Source: Candidatus Woesearchaeota archaeon (GTDB lineage Archaea; Nanobdellota; Nanobdellia; Woesearchaeales; ARS49). From it: a stretch of DNA of 64,000 nt. Every line of letters begins with the position of its first letter. The first letter of the stretch is position 1. The stretch is taken from positions 227,151 to 291,150 of the forward strand of contig JAWADY010000001.1 in the NCBI GenBank assembly GCA_038891615.1. The letters are read 5' to 3'. This document shows, piece after piece, positions 9,092 through 20,600 of the stretch. A program made the position numbers and the translations under genes. Under the pieces are notes generated by a model that saw only the letters and a program-made list of their open reading frames with translations, had not been told where the DNA came from and did no database searches.

Positions 9092-10822
9092 GTGATGAAA
9101 CCATCTACTGCAAAGATAAAAGAGGCTATAAGAAAATGGGCACTACAGAATGCAATTACCTATAAATACCAGGCTAATGTTGGAGCGGTTCTTGGCAAGA
9201 TTCTTGCGGAGTTGCCCGAACTGAAAGAAGAGGCTGCTTCACTCCGCAAGCTAGTGTCAGAGATTGTTGCTGAGATAAACGCAATGCCTCCTGATAAGCA
9301 GCTTGATGAACTAAAGCGCATTGCTCCTGAACTTTTAGAAAAAAAGCCAAAGACGAAGGAAAAAGAACTTGAGGCACTACCAAACGCAACAAAAGGAAAG
9401 GTAGTTATGAGATTTGCTCCGAGTCCTTCTGGCCCACTGCACATCGGGCACGCCCTTGTGCTGAGCCTGAATTCAGAGTACTGTAGACTTTATGATGGGA
9501 AACTGATACTTCGGATTGAGGATACAAATCCTGAAAACATTTATGAGCCGGCTTATCGAATGATTCCTGAAGAAGCAAACTGGTTGACAAAGGGAAACAT
9601 TGCAAAGGTTGTCTTCCAATCCGACAGGTTGCACACCTATTACGACTATGCAGAAAAAATAATTGCTGCAGGCAAAGGGTATGTCTGTACATGCAACCCT
9701 GACAGCTTTAGAGAGCTGATTGCAAAAAAGAAAGCCTGCCCCTGCAGAGAGCTTCCGATAAAGGAACAACTGCTGCGCTGGGACAGGATGTTTTCTGGAT
9801 ACGAACCTGGTGAAGCAGTTGTAAGGATAAAAACAGACCTTAATGACCCAAATCCTGCAATGCGCGACTGGCCAGCATTAAGAATCAACCATACCGTGCA
9901 CCCAAGAACAGGCACGAGCGAAAGGGTCTGGCCCCTAATGAACTTTGCAGTTGCAATCGATGACCATGAGCTTGGAATAACTCATACTATAAGGGGAAAG
10001 GACCATATGGACAATGCAAAACGTCAAAGTCATATCTTTGACATATTTGGCTGGGAAAAACCAACACATCTTTACTTTGGAAGGATAAACTTTACTGGTC
10101 TTGAACTGAGCAGCTCTGCCACTAAGGCGTTGATTGCACAAGGCAAGTATTCCGGCTGGGATGACATAAGACTGCCATTCATTGCAGCACTTCGCAGACG
10201 CGGTTATCAGCCAGATGCTTTTATAAGGTACGCAATTGACATTGGCATAAGTCTTGCTGACAAGAGCATTTCTGCAGGAGATTTTTTCAAAGCGCTAGAT
10301 GCTCACAACAGAGAGATTGTTGACAAAATCGCAAACAGGTATTTTTTTGTTGAAAATCCTATTAAGATTGAAATAGCAAATGTTCCAGAACTCAGTCCAA
10401 GGGTTGAACTTCATCCAGATTTTCTTGAGCGAGGATTTAGAGAGTTTATTATAGAAAAAAGCTTTTACATATCAAGTGAAGACTTTGCAACAATAAAGCC
10501 TGACACAATCTATAGGCTGATAGGATGTTTGAACTTCATAAAAAAAGGAAAAAGGTTTGTATTTGATAGCGCGAGCTATGATGCATTTTGGAAGCAGCAT
10601 GGCAAAGGAAATCTACACTGGCTTCCAGCAGATGGTCCAATGGCAAGTGAGCTTGTAAAGGTTGAGGTGATAATGGCGGATGGGAGTAGGCTCTCTGGAC
10701 TTGGAGAACCAATGTTAAAGAATCTTAAGCTTGGTGAGATTGTGCAGTTTGAAAGAAGGTTTTTTGCAAGGCTTGATGAGAAGAAAAAAGATATGCTCAT
10801 ATTTTGGTATCTTCATAAATGA
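9092..10822 (+). CDS. gltX: Glutamyl-tRNA synthetase
   Basis: RFAPSPSGPLHIGH, LRIEDTNP, GWDDIRLP, QFER; archaeal N-terminal domain. Confidence 0.95.
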   Translation: MMKPSTAKIKEAIRKWALQNAITYKYQANVGAVLGKILAELPELKEEAASLRKLVSEIVAEINAMPPDKQLDELKRIAPELLEKKPKTKEKELEALPNATKGKVVMRFAPSPSGPLHIGHALVLSLNSEYCRLYDGKLILRIEDTNPENIYEPAYRMIPEEANWLTKGNIAKVVFQSDRLHTYYDYAEKIIAAGKGYVCTCNPDSFRELIAKKKACPCRELPIKEQLLRWDRMFSGYEPGEAVVRIKTDLNDPNPAMRDWPALRINHTVHPRTGTSERVWPLMNFAVAIDDHELGITHTIRGKDHMDNAKRQSHIFDIFGWEKPTHLYFGRINFTGLELSSSATKALIAQGKYSGWDDIRLPFIAALRRRGYQPDAFIRYAIDIGISLADKSISAGDFFKALDAHNREIVDKIANRYFFVENPIKIEIANVPELSPRVELHPDFLERGFREFIIEKSFYISSEDFATIKPDTIYRLIGCLNFIKKGKRFVFDSASYDAFWKQHGKGNLHWLPADGPMASELVKVEVIMADGSRLSGLGEPMLKNLKLGEIVQFERRFFARLDEKKKDMLIFWYLHK

Positions 10823-10879
10823 TAAAAGAGAAAGAATTAAAAATAAAAAGAAAAGGAAAATCAATAAGGAGGTGAGAGT

Positions 10880-11044
10880 GTGTCATTGATAGTACGTTCG
10901 AGGATTAAGGATGTTGCAGGAGACTTCAATGTTGCTGGCGACTTTGCAGATGCCCTTGAGAAAAAAGTTGAACAACTCATCAGGGATGCAATTGAACGTG
11001 CAAAGGCAAATAACAGACGCACAGTGATGAGTAAAGACCTCTAA
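10880..11044 (+). CDS. 54-aa histone-fold protein (not in the ORF track)
   Basis: RBS AGGAGGTGA, GTG start; MSLIVRSRIK...AIERAKANNRRTVMSKDL*; RxTxxxxD histone motif. Confidence 0.85.
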   Translation: MSLIVRSRIKDVAGDFNVAGDFADALEKKVEQLIRDAIERAKANNRRTVMSKDL

Positions 11045-11075
11045 TTAGTGGTAAGCAAAACAAAAAGAAAGCTAG

Positions 11076-11573
11076 CTAAGAGGGGACTCTTGACTTAGAC
11101 ACAGACATTCCTAACTGTGCTTTAATATAATCAATCTTTTCTTTCAATGCAGCAAGCCTTTTTTTTGAGGCTTTTTTACCTTCGAGGCTTTTGTAAGTGC
11201 TTTCAAGCACTGCAAGCTTTTTTGCTAGTTCTTCTTTCTTTTTATTCAATTCCACGACTTTCAAAAGCTTGTTAAGGTTTTGTTCAATTGCGGCTATTCT
11301 TTCCCTCAGACTTTTGTGAATTAAGCTTTCCTGCTGCTGTCGTATGATTATTCTAGACTCTTTTTCAAGCGCTTCCTTTATAGCAGCCTCAAGTCGTTCA
11401 AGCTCGCCTTGTATGCTCTTTGTGCTAATCTTTTTTAGCTGGGATAGGTGCTCTTCAAGCCTTTTTCTAGCAAGCTCACGCTCATGAATTTTTTTTGAAG
11501 CCCTTGCCAGAAACTTCAGCAAGGTTGATGTTTTGCTATAGTCTAAGTTCTCCAAATCGTGAAGCGTTGGCAT
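11076..11573 (-). CDS. Hypothetical basic coiled-coil protein
   Basis: 165-aa ORF with K/E/L heptads. Confidence 0.65.
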   Translation of the reverse strand: MPTLHDLENLDYSKTSTLLKFLARASKKIHERELARKRLEEHLSQLKKISTKSIQGELERLEAAIKEALEKESRIIIRQQQESLIHKSLRERIAAIEQNLNKLLKVVELNKKKEELAKKLAVLESTYKSLEGKKASKKRLAALKEKIDYIKAQLGMSVSKSRVPS

Positions 11574-11599
11574 TTGTACAAAGGCGTTCGGTGTTTATA

Positions 11600-12121
11600 C
11601 TAGCGCCTTTTTGGAGGAATAGGTGGCGGAGGAAGTCCTGGGGGAGCTGGCGCTGTGCTCGTAGGAGCTTGTGGCGTGGTAATTGGCCCTACTGGCGCAG
11701 GCATTGGCCTTGGCGATGGTGGAATGGCGTAAGGTGGCGCAGTTAGAGATGGAATCCTTTCCACTTTCTGCTTAAGTTCATTGATGAGGTCTGCAAGAGC
11801 AACAATTCCTGAAGCTATTTCTGCATTTTGGTCAAGAATCTTTGACATCCTATCCATTAAAGGCTTCATTTTTTCTTGGAAGCTGAGACCACCTTCTTCA
11901 ACTCTGAGTTCATGCATTGCCTCCTCAAAAATTGCAATTAGTTTATCCAGCTTTGCTGCCAGCTGATCCATTGAAATCTGCATGCGCCTTGCAGGGCCTG
12001 ATGGAAACTCCTTTATTTTGGCCAATTCTTCTTGCATCTCTTTTATCTCTTTGTAGGGAACGAGCTCATACTCATTTGAAGGCTCTGTAGAGGGTGTTTC
12101 ATCAACCATAACTATCACCAC
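11600..12121 (-). CDS. Hypothetical coiled-coil protein with Pro-rich tail
   Basis: Helical core; ends PPGLPPPPIPPKRR. Confidence 0.7.
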   Translation of the reverse strand: MVIVMVDETPSTEPSNEYELVPYKEIKEMQEELAKIKEFPSGPARRMQISMDQLAAKLDKLIAIFEEAMHELRVEEGGLSFQEKMKPLMDRMSKILDQNAEIASGIVALADLINELKQKVERIPSLTAPPYAIPPSPRPMPAPVGPITTPQAPTSTAPAPPGLPPPPIPPKRR

Positions 12122-12338
12122 TTTTTTGTTATTCTAAGCAATCAGCCAGTGGTTTATATAAAGATTTCGTTAAGAGCAGTTCTAGAATTACAAAAAATTT
12201 AAGCCTATAAAAGATTTATGGAGCAGATTATTGGCTATATTTGTTTTCTCTTTGTTTGCCAATGCTGGAAGGCATAGATAGAGCACTAGTCGCTTCTTGA
12301 GCTTGAAAGTGCTTTTTGTTTTCTTAACTAAAATTGAG

Positions 12339-13976
12339 CTAATACTCAGGCACTTCTCCAGACGGCATTCCGCCTGCACCAGGACCGCCACTTGGAGCAG
12401 GCTTTCCGCCCGCAATAACATCATCAATGCGCAAAATCATTTGCGCAACTTCTGATGCAGAAGTTATTGCCTGGGTTTTTATTTTCAATGGTTCAATGAC
12501 TCCTTGCTTCCAACTGTCGACAACCTTCCCGGCAAAAACATCCACGCCTGCCCATTTCTGCTTCTTGTCGTGGGCTGCTTTTAGTTCGACAAGTATGTCT
12601 ATTGGGTCAATTCCAGCATTTTCAGCAAGTGTTCTAGGAATTGCTTCCATTGCCTCTGCAAATGCCTGCACTGCAAGTTGCTCCCTACCAGAAAGCGTTT
12701 CCGAGAATTTTCTTAAACCTCTTGCAACCTCGATTTCTGTTGCTCCTGCACCAGCAACAACTTTTCCAGATTTCAGCGCAGCAGCAACATCTCCAATAGC
12801 ATCGGACATTGCCCTTTTTGCCTCCTCTGCGACATGCTCTGTGCCGCCACGGATAAGTATTGTGACAGACTTAGGATTCTTGCAGCCTGTGACATAAGTT
12901 AGCTCTTCTTCACCAATCTTGCGTTCTTCAACAACTCCGGCAAAACCAAGGTCGTTTGGGGTTAGGTCATCAAGATTTGTAACTATTGTAGCTCCTGTCG
13001 CCCTTGCAAGAGCTTCAAGGTCTGACTTTTTCACGCGCCTTGCAGCATATATGCCCTTTTTTGCAAGATAATGCTGGGCAATATCATCAATACCCTTCTG
13101 GCAGAAAATAACAGTTGCTCCTGAAGCCGCGATTTTGTCAACCATGCCCTTGAGCATTTTTTCTTCTTGGTCAAGGAATGCCTGCATCTGGGCAGGATCT
13201 GTTATTTGTATTTTCGCATCAATCTCGGTGTCTTTTATCTCTATGGCAGAGTCGATGAGGGCAATCTTTGCATTTTTTATTAGCTTTGGCATTGCCGGAT
13301 GAACTGCTTCTTTTTCAAGAACAACGCCTTCGATTAGTTCGGTGTCTTCAACAGAACCACCAACCTTTTTCTCAAGCTTTATGTTTTCCTTGTCAAAAAA
13401 GAACTTCCCATCGACATGCTCAATAACGCGTTTGACTGCTCTCACGGCAATTTCTGAAAGTTTTTCTTTTGCTGTTTCTGCACCCTTACCTGTTATTGCT
13501 GTTGCAGCAATCCTACGCAGAAGGACTTCATCCTTTTCGGAAATCGGCTCAGCAATCTTGGCAAGAATATCACAGGCAGTTTCTGCAGCAATCCTGTAGC
13601 CCTTTGCAATGACAGTTGGATGAACTTCTTGTTCGATAAGCTCTTCTGCTTTTTTTAACAACTCTCCTGCAATCACAACAGCCGTTGTTGTGCCATCTCC
13701 TATTTCTGCTTCTTGCGTCTTTGCAACCTCAACAATCATTTTTGCAGCAGGATGCTCAACTTGCATCTGCTCAAGAATTGTCACGCCATCATTTGTCACA
13801 GTTATATCTCCCATAGAATCAATAATCATCTTGTCCATTCCTTTTGGGCCAAGTGTTGTGCGCACAGTCTCTGCAACAAGCTTTGCTGCCATTATATTGT
13901 TCTTTTGGGCAGTCCTGCCTGTTGTTCTCTGGGTGCCTTCAGGAAGTATGAAGATTGGTTGAATTTGATTTGCCAT
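12339..13976 (-). CDS. ths: Thermosome (group II chaperonin) subunit
   Basis: [32 protein letters not shown]. Confidence 0.97.
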   Translation of the reverse strand: MANQIQPIFILPEGTQRTTGRTAQKNNIMAAKLVAETVRTTLGPKGMDKMIIDSMGDITVTNDGVTILEQMQVEHPAAKMIVEVAKTQEAEIGDGTTTAVVIAGELLKKAEELIEQEVHPTVIAKGYRIAAETACDILAKIAEPISEKDEVLLRRIAATAITGKGAETAKEKLSEIAVRAVKRVIEHVDGKFFFDKENIKLEKKVGGSVEDTELIEGVVLEKEAVHPAMPKLIKNAKIALIDSAIEIKDTEIDAKIQITDPAQMQAFLDQEEKMLKGMVDKIAASGATVIFCQKGIDDIAQHYLAKKGIYAARRVKKSDLEALARATGATIVTNLDDLTPNDLGFAGVVEERKIGEEELTYVTGCKNPKSVTILIRGGTEHVAEEAKRAMSDAIGDVAAALKSGKVVAGAGATEIEVARGLRKFSETLSGREQLAVQAFAEAMEAIPRTLAENAGIDPIDILVELKAAHDKKQKWAGVDVFAGKVVDSWKQGVIEPLKIKTQAITSASEVAQMILRIDDVIAGGKPAPSGGPGAGGMPSGEVPEY

Positions 13977-14452
13977 CTTTAAATCACCCCCTTCTGAATA
14001 ATAAATTAAATAAAATTCAAGTTGTGCTTAGTTTTTTAAGAGGTGATATTTAAATTTTATGCATAAGCAAAACAAATCTTGCATTATTGACTGAAAGAGT
14101 TGCAATATCTGTGTAAAAGTGGGTAAATTTTGCGGGTTTTAGTAAAAGAACTGGTTGCACGCTATCTTATTTTGTTTTTGATAAAAAGTCTTAACAATAG
14201 AAGCAACTTATGTTAGCTGTCTGCATATTATATATATTACTACATGTAATAACTTGTACAAATAAATACATATAAAAATACAAATAAAACTTATAAAAAA
14301 ATAAAAACTTAAAATAATGAATATAAAAGGTAAAAAAGCACATAACTACTGAATCATTAATGTGAAAATGCAGATAGTAACATAGAAAAGTATATATACT
14401 AGTATTAATAAAAAAATATTAAAACTTGCAAGCAAAATAAAAGAGGGAATTA

Positions 14453-14641
14453 ATGACATCCAACACCTCTGTTCTGCAATTTCCAAATAAAAAACAGTTC
14501 ATAATCACTGTTCCAAAAGGTCTTGTTCTTGCAAAAGGGTGGAAACAAGGCGATATCATAGAATTCACATTTGATGAACGAGGAAACCTCATTATGAAAA
14601 AAATTGGTGAGAAAAAGAATGCAAGCAATAAGGTGGAATAA
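14453..14641 (+). CDS. AbrB/MazE/SpoVT-like DNA-binding protein
   Basis: QFIITVPKGLV..KGWKQGDIIEF swapped-hairpin pattern. Confidence 0.75.
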   Translation: MTSNTSVLQFPNKKQFIITVPKGLVLAKGWKQGDIIEFTFDERGNLIMKKIGEKKNASNKVE

Positions 14642-14645
14642 AATA

Positions 14646-17600
14646 ATGAGCCCAAAAGTTGCACTTCAAGGGATTTGGCTGCTTGCAGTTATTTTGGTAG
14701 CTCTAAATACTCTCTTTCCATACACTGCTTTTGCTTTTTCACAAAATACCAATATTCCAAGCGCGAGAAGTGAAGAAAATATGCAAAGTACAACGAACAT
14801 AGCCCAAAACATAACTGATACGAACACAGCAGCATTGAACGGTTCGATTGTTGACACAACGATATTTAATGAAACGAACCGCGAAGCCTCAGGCTTTGAA
14901 ACTAATTTTTTGATACCAACAGATTCTCAAAACAACACACAACAAAGCTCAATTTATTCAGAAGTGAAATCTAATGCAACTGAAACAGTCATAGTCCCCT
15001 CAAAAAACAATGAAAGCGGTCTTAGCGAAAATAGTATTCAGGAAAGTGGACTAGTTGAAATAAAAAATCATTCCGATATTAAAATTATTTGCAATACAAA
15101 TTCATCAAAACCATCAAGAGATGTTATAAATTCTTCATATAACATAACAACTTGCAATGAGACTTTAGAAAATAAGACCTCTGTTCTACCCAATGAAATA
15201 AATGAAACAATAAAAGAACTGTTAGGTAATGAAAGCTATTTCTTTTGGGATAGGAAGATTGTCAATAAACATAATGGAAAAAAAGAGATTGTTAATCTGA
15301 AGTTAAAAGTTCCTGAAACTTTGAGAAGCATCACAAAAGAAATTGATGCGTTAGAAAAAAACGCTTTGATAAAAATAAGAGAATTTGATTATAACAATGA
15401 AGGAATAAAAGGAGACATTCCTGAAGATAAAATAAAACTTGCTGTTCTTGAAGAAAAAATAAAAGAGGCAATTAATAACAGGTACGAAATTGTAGAGTTT
15501 TATCCAAATTTGAATTCAGTTAAAAAAATAGAGTTTTACGATTTAATAATCGAAGGTGGCCAGATTTCTCTTGGGATAGAGGATTTGAACAAAGAGGGCT
15601 ATGTTCAAAGCTACGCCATTGATCCGACAGGCTTGAACTTTACAAAAGCAAACGTTATAGTTGTGGCAAAAGGTACAGAACTTTGGAAATGTAAAGAGTG
15701 GAATTTCTCTGAGCAGGTGTGCCATGGTGATTGGGTCAAAATAATGGATTTATCGCCTGGGCAAGAGTACACATTAACCTTAACACCAGAAGATCCTAGC
15801 TTTGCTGAAACAAATTATTTTCCAAATGGAACGCACAGAGCTTGGTTTTTCGAAGATAACAGCATACCTTCATCTCAAGTGCCTCCATTCGGCACTGAAT
15901 ATACATCAGCCGAGTATACTGCTGTGCAGGCATCAGACAATTCATACGCAACCTTTTCTGCTGTAACAGAAGGCTTTCATGAAGTAACACAATATGAATT
16001 TATACCTTCGCAAAGTTTTACATCAATTAATAACTTCACAATTACTTGGGAAGGCTTCAGCACTTTAATCAGCAGCGGCAAAGGAGTTAACTTATATCTG
16101 CGGAATTTCACTGGCAATTCATGGTTTTTAGCAACTTCAACAACAAACACCAGTGAACAAACACTTAGTTATACGACAAGCAATAAGGCAAATTTTGTCA
16201 ATCCCTCAAACAACAAAATCTGGGTAATGGTAGAAAGTAGAGGCGTAGTGCCATTATCCCATCCAATCTCCTGTCCATATCTTTACATCCGTACGGACAA
16301 TGATTATGCAAAAGAAAATGATATATTTCCTTACGCCATCGGAAATGAAAATAAAAAAACCAATTATCTTGTTTTAAATAATAGGCCAACTGAAAATGAT
16401 GGCGAATATTATCTGAAAATCAGTGAGGAAAAAGAAGAGACTTCTTACATAGATAGCGTGAAACTATATGCGGTAGAACATCCTAAAGATGTTAAAATTG
16501 CAATAGATTCTGAAGGAAATATATATACTTATAAGAACTTTAAAATTTATTTATCTAACAGAACATATCAAGACGAGCAGCTTCAGATAACCTTTGATGA
16601 CGTGAAATCTTCTACTGCAAGGTTATTGATTAGCAGCGCGGTAATCCCAGTGAAGAAAGATGTAATTGAATATCCTGCTATATCGATTGGTGAAAAGTAC
16701 ACATATGTGCCACAAGAAACATCTGACATAAAAGCATTTGATATCTCTGAGTACATTAAAGATGGTAAAATTAATTTGACAATACAATTAGTTGGGAAAC
16801 ATAGAATAGATTTACTTGCTTTAGATACTTCGGAACAAGCAAAGATTAAAGTCAGAAAATTACGACCGGTTGCTACATATCTATCAAAAGAAAAAGCGCT
16901 GATTTTTGAAGATGGCAAGTACGCCGTAATAAATAAGGGAGAAAGTGTCGAGCTCGCTTATGAGAAATCAAATGAAATAGAAGAGCGTAGTTTTGTTGTC
17001 GCAGTAAAAGGGTATTATGTTCCAAAGAAAGACGTTGTAGAAAAGATTCTGCATGAATTAAATAAAAGTTCTTATATTCACAAAAACAGGACAATGTATG
17101 TTGATTTTGTAAGATTAACTGTGCAATATACTAACTTTGAACCAACAATCACATTGTTTAGCCCACTGAACAACACGCAGTTTAACAACACGCAAACAGT
17201 AAAATTTAACTTTAGTGCTATTGACGACCTGAACAAAACGCTATCATGCGGAATATACCTTGATAACATCTTAAACCAGACAAATAGCACAACGCAAAAC
17301 AACACAGTAACAGAATTCACAATTGGAGGAATAAGCTTTGGTAGTCACACATGGTTTATCAACTGCACAGACGGAAGCGCCAGCAACATATCTGAAATAA
17401 GAAAATTCATCATAGCAGACGCCCAAGCACCAGGCTGGTCAAACAACAAGAACTTCCCATCAAGCCCGGCAACCTATTCACAAACACAAACATACCAATT
17501 CAACATTACCTGGACAGACAACACAGGCCTAAGCACAGTCCTCTTCGAGCACAACTTTACAGGTGTTGCTGCAAACTTCAGCCCCACAGGCTTCACTGGT

Positions 17601-20600
17601 AACACCACAAACAGGGAGTACTTCTACAACTACGGCCCACTAGCAGCTGGAAATTATTACTGGAAAAGCCATGCAAATGACACAAGCGGCAACACCAACA
17701 GCACAGCAACATTCCTCTACACAGTAAACAAAGCCACGCCCACACTCAACATAACCCTACAGCCAAGCTCAAGCGTTACTTATGGCACAACAACTAATGC
17801 TAGCTGCACAGCCAGCACACCACAAATAACCCCACAACTATTCAGGAACGAAACCTTAGTAAGCAATCCTGACGTTGGCATCCTTGCTGCTGGGAGCTAT
17901 AACTACACCTGCACAGCAACAGAAACACAAAACTACACAGCACCCACACCACAACAAGCAATACTGACAATTAACAAAGCAGCAACGCTTACAGAACTAA
18001 GGCTGAATGGTAACAGAGCCAACCTAACAGTTACCTATCCAACTCCTGTAAATGCAACAGCTAATACCAGCGCATTAATCGTAAACCTATACAGGAACGG
18101 CATACTAATAGCTTCTGGAAACCCAGCAACAAATACCTCAGTACTAGCAGCAGGAAGCTATAACTACACAGCCGTCAATCCAGGAAACCAAAACTACAGC
18201 TCGAGCTTTGAAACATGGTTCGCAACCATCAACCAAAACACAACAACGTGCAACCTCGCATTCAACCCACCATCACCACAAACATACCCCACAGCAATCA
18301 ATGCAAGCTGTAGCTGCACAAACCCAGAAACAAAACCAAGCCTATTCAGAAACAACACAAACGTCACAGCAACTGAAAACAACGCCTTTGTAACACTGCC
18401 AGCAGGTGTTTGGAACTACAACTGCACCTCCCCGCAAACACAGAACTATACTTATGCAGAAAACACCAGCACATACACAGTAAACAAAGCCACACCAACA
18501 CTCAACATAACCTTACAACCAAGCAGCACAACAACTTATGGCACAACAACTAATGCTAGCTGCACAGCCAGCACACCACAAGTAATCCCACAACTATTCA
18601 GAAACGGAACCTTAGTAACCAACCCAGACATCAGCCTACTGGCTGCTGGTAGCTATAACTACACCTGCACAGCAACAGAAACACAAAACTACACAGCACC
18701 CACACCACAACAAGCAATACTGACCATCAACAAAGCCACGAGCGAAGTAAACCTATTACTTAATGGGAATGATGCGAACATAACAGCCACGCAATTCAGC
18801 ATAGTCAACATAACAGCAAAACTCATCACCCCCACAAGTGGACTAATAGACATATTTGAAAACGGAACACTGCTAAGCAGCGGCAGCTCACCACTCGAAG
18901 TACTGAAGAACTACACAACCATAGGCACCTACAACATAACAGCAGTATTCAACAGCACAGAAAACTACACCTCGAGCTTTGAAACGCACTTCTTAAGAAT
19001 AATACCTTTCCAAGACACAACGCCTCCTACGATAACAAGCACGAGCATAAAACCAAAAGCTGCGATAGTAAACAGAAGCGTTACAATAAATGCAATTGCA
19101 AGCGATGATTTTGGAGTTGATACACTGTTTGCCATTGTGACAAAGCCTGATTCAACCAACACAACAATAACACTACCAGCCATATTCGTTCCAGATACGA
19201 TTGGAAGGTACAATGTCACCTTTAAGGCAAATGATAGTTCAGGCAACAATGCAACTGCTATTGAGGAATTTTTCACAGCATCAGAACCGCTCAACTTCAC
19301 AATAAACGTGAAAGATGGCAACCAAACCGCAGTTAATACAACTTTGACATTCCTATTTCAGGGCACGAATGAAGAAGTCAACACAACAAACTTTGTTGGA
19401 AATGAGACCATTGAACAAGCTAACACATTTTTTGATATGCTCTTTGTTGCCTTCAACAACGCCCTCCAAGTAAGGCTAAATTCTGTGAACATCAGTGCAA
19501 ACAACAACAAAACACTTGGACTTGACAAGCTACCAACACCAGTAAGCGGCTATCTTGTCAGCTATGCTCTAAACAACGGAAGCATCAACTTCGCAAGCGC
19601 TGAATTAAGATTCAGCTATGCAAATACCAGCTTTTCAAACGAAGATAACCTAAAGCTAGATGTCTGTGAAGAATGGAACCTCACAGGAAGAAGCTGCATT
19701 GGAAGCTTCACAAATGCTCCAAACGCTACTCAGAACAAAACAGGTGATTATTTCACAGTTAATGTCACGAGCTTTTCTGGATTCTCAATAAAAGAAGAAG
19801 CAGCACCTAGCGGTGGAAGAGGTAGACGTGAAGAAGAAGCGCAGCCAGAAATAACTCCACCTCCACCCGAAGTACCTCCCCCAGCCCCTCCTGAAATACC
19901 GCCTACCCCTCCTGAAATACCGCCTGCACCAACTTTTGAAGCTCCTGCACCAATCACGCAAATATTTGCAGGTGCTGAATTTTCACCAAACGTGCCCTCT
20001 GCAAGTTGCATGCAAGTTAGAAAAAAAGTAAGCGAAAAAATAGAGATAATACCTATCGATGTCACAAAGTTCATAGCAATTCCAGAAGGCTACGAAGTGA
20101 TAGACCAGTTCAGAATCGAATGCCTAAATGACGACCTTGAAGTAACATTGAATCTTCCAGACTACTACACAGATCTGAAAGCCCTAAGCTGCAGAGCTAA
20201 CCAGTGCAAAGAACTTGCTCGTGTTGTTTCGGAGAGAGAAGAGCTAATTTGTGGAGAAAAAACGATAAGCACACTAAAGGAAGAGCAGCTTGTCGCTGTG
20301 AAACAAATACTTTTGCCAGAAGAGTATCCGCTTATACCAGCTGAAGAAAAAACAATAACAGCAGCAAGCAGAATGATTTCAAGCGACAGGAACTTAATAG
20401 AATTTATTGGAGACATTCCAACTCCATTTAAAGCCAGGATTAGTTCGCCCAATGTTAGCTTGCCAGAGCCTGAAAACCCAAGCATAGCAATAGTTGGAAG
20501 CCCATTGCTGCTCAGCCTTGACAAAAAGCCTCCAATTGCCATAAAGTTGATAATGCCTGCTCCACACATAGAAGGCTTTGACGAAGAGAGTTTTACAGTA

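Noticed and set aside
13977-14452. AT-rich intergenic region as a replication origin or CRISPR leader
   Set aside because: No ORB-like repeats, cdc6 or repeat-spacer array; divergent promoters explain it
17718-18736. Repeat pair as DGR template/variable regions
   Set aside because: Differences are not adenine-specific, many are synonymous, and no reverse transcriptase is present
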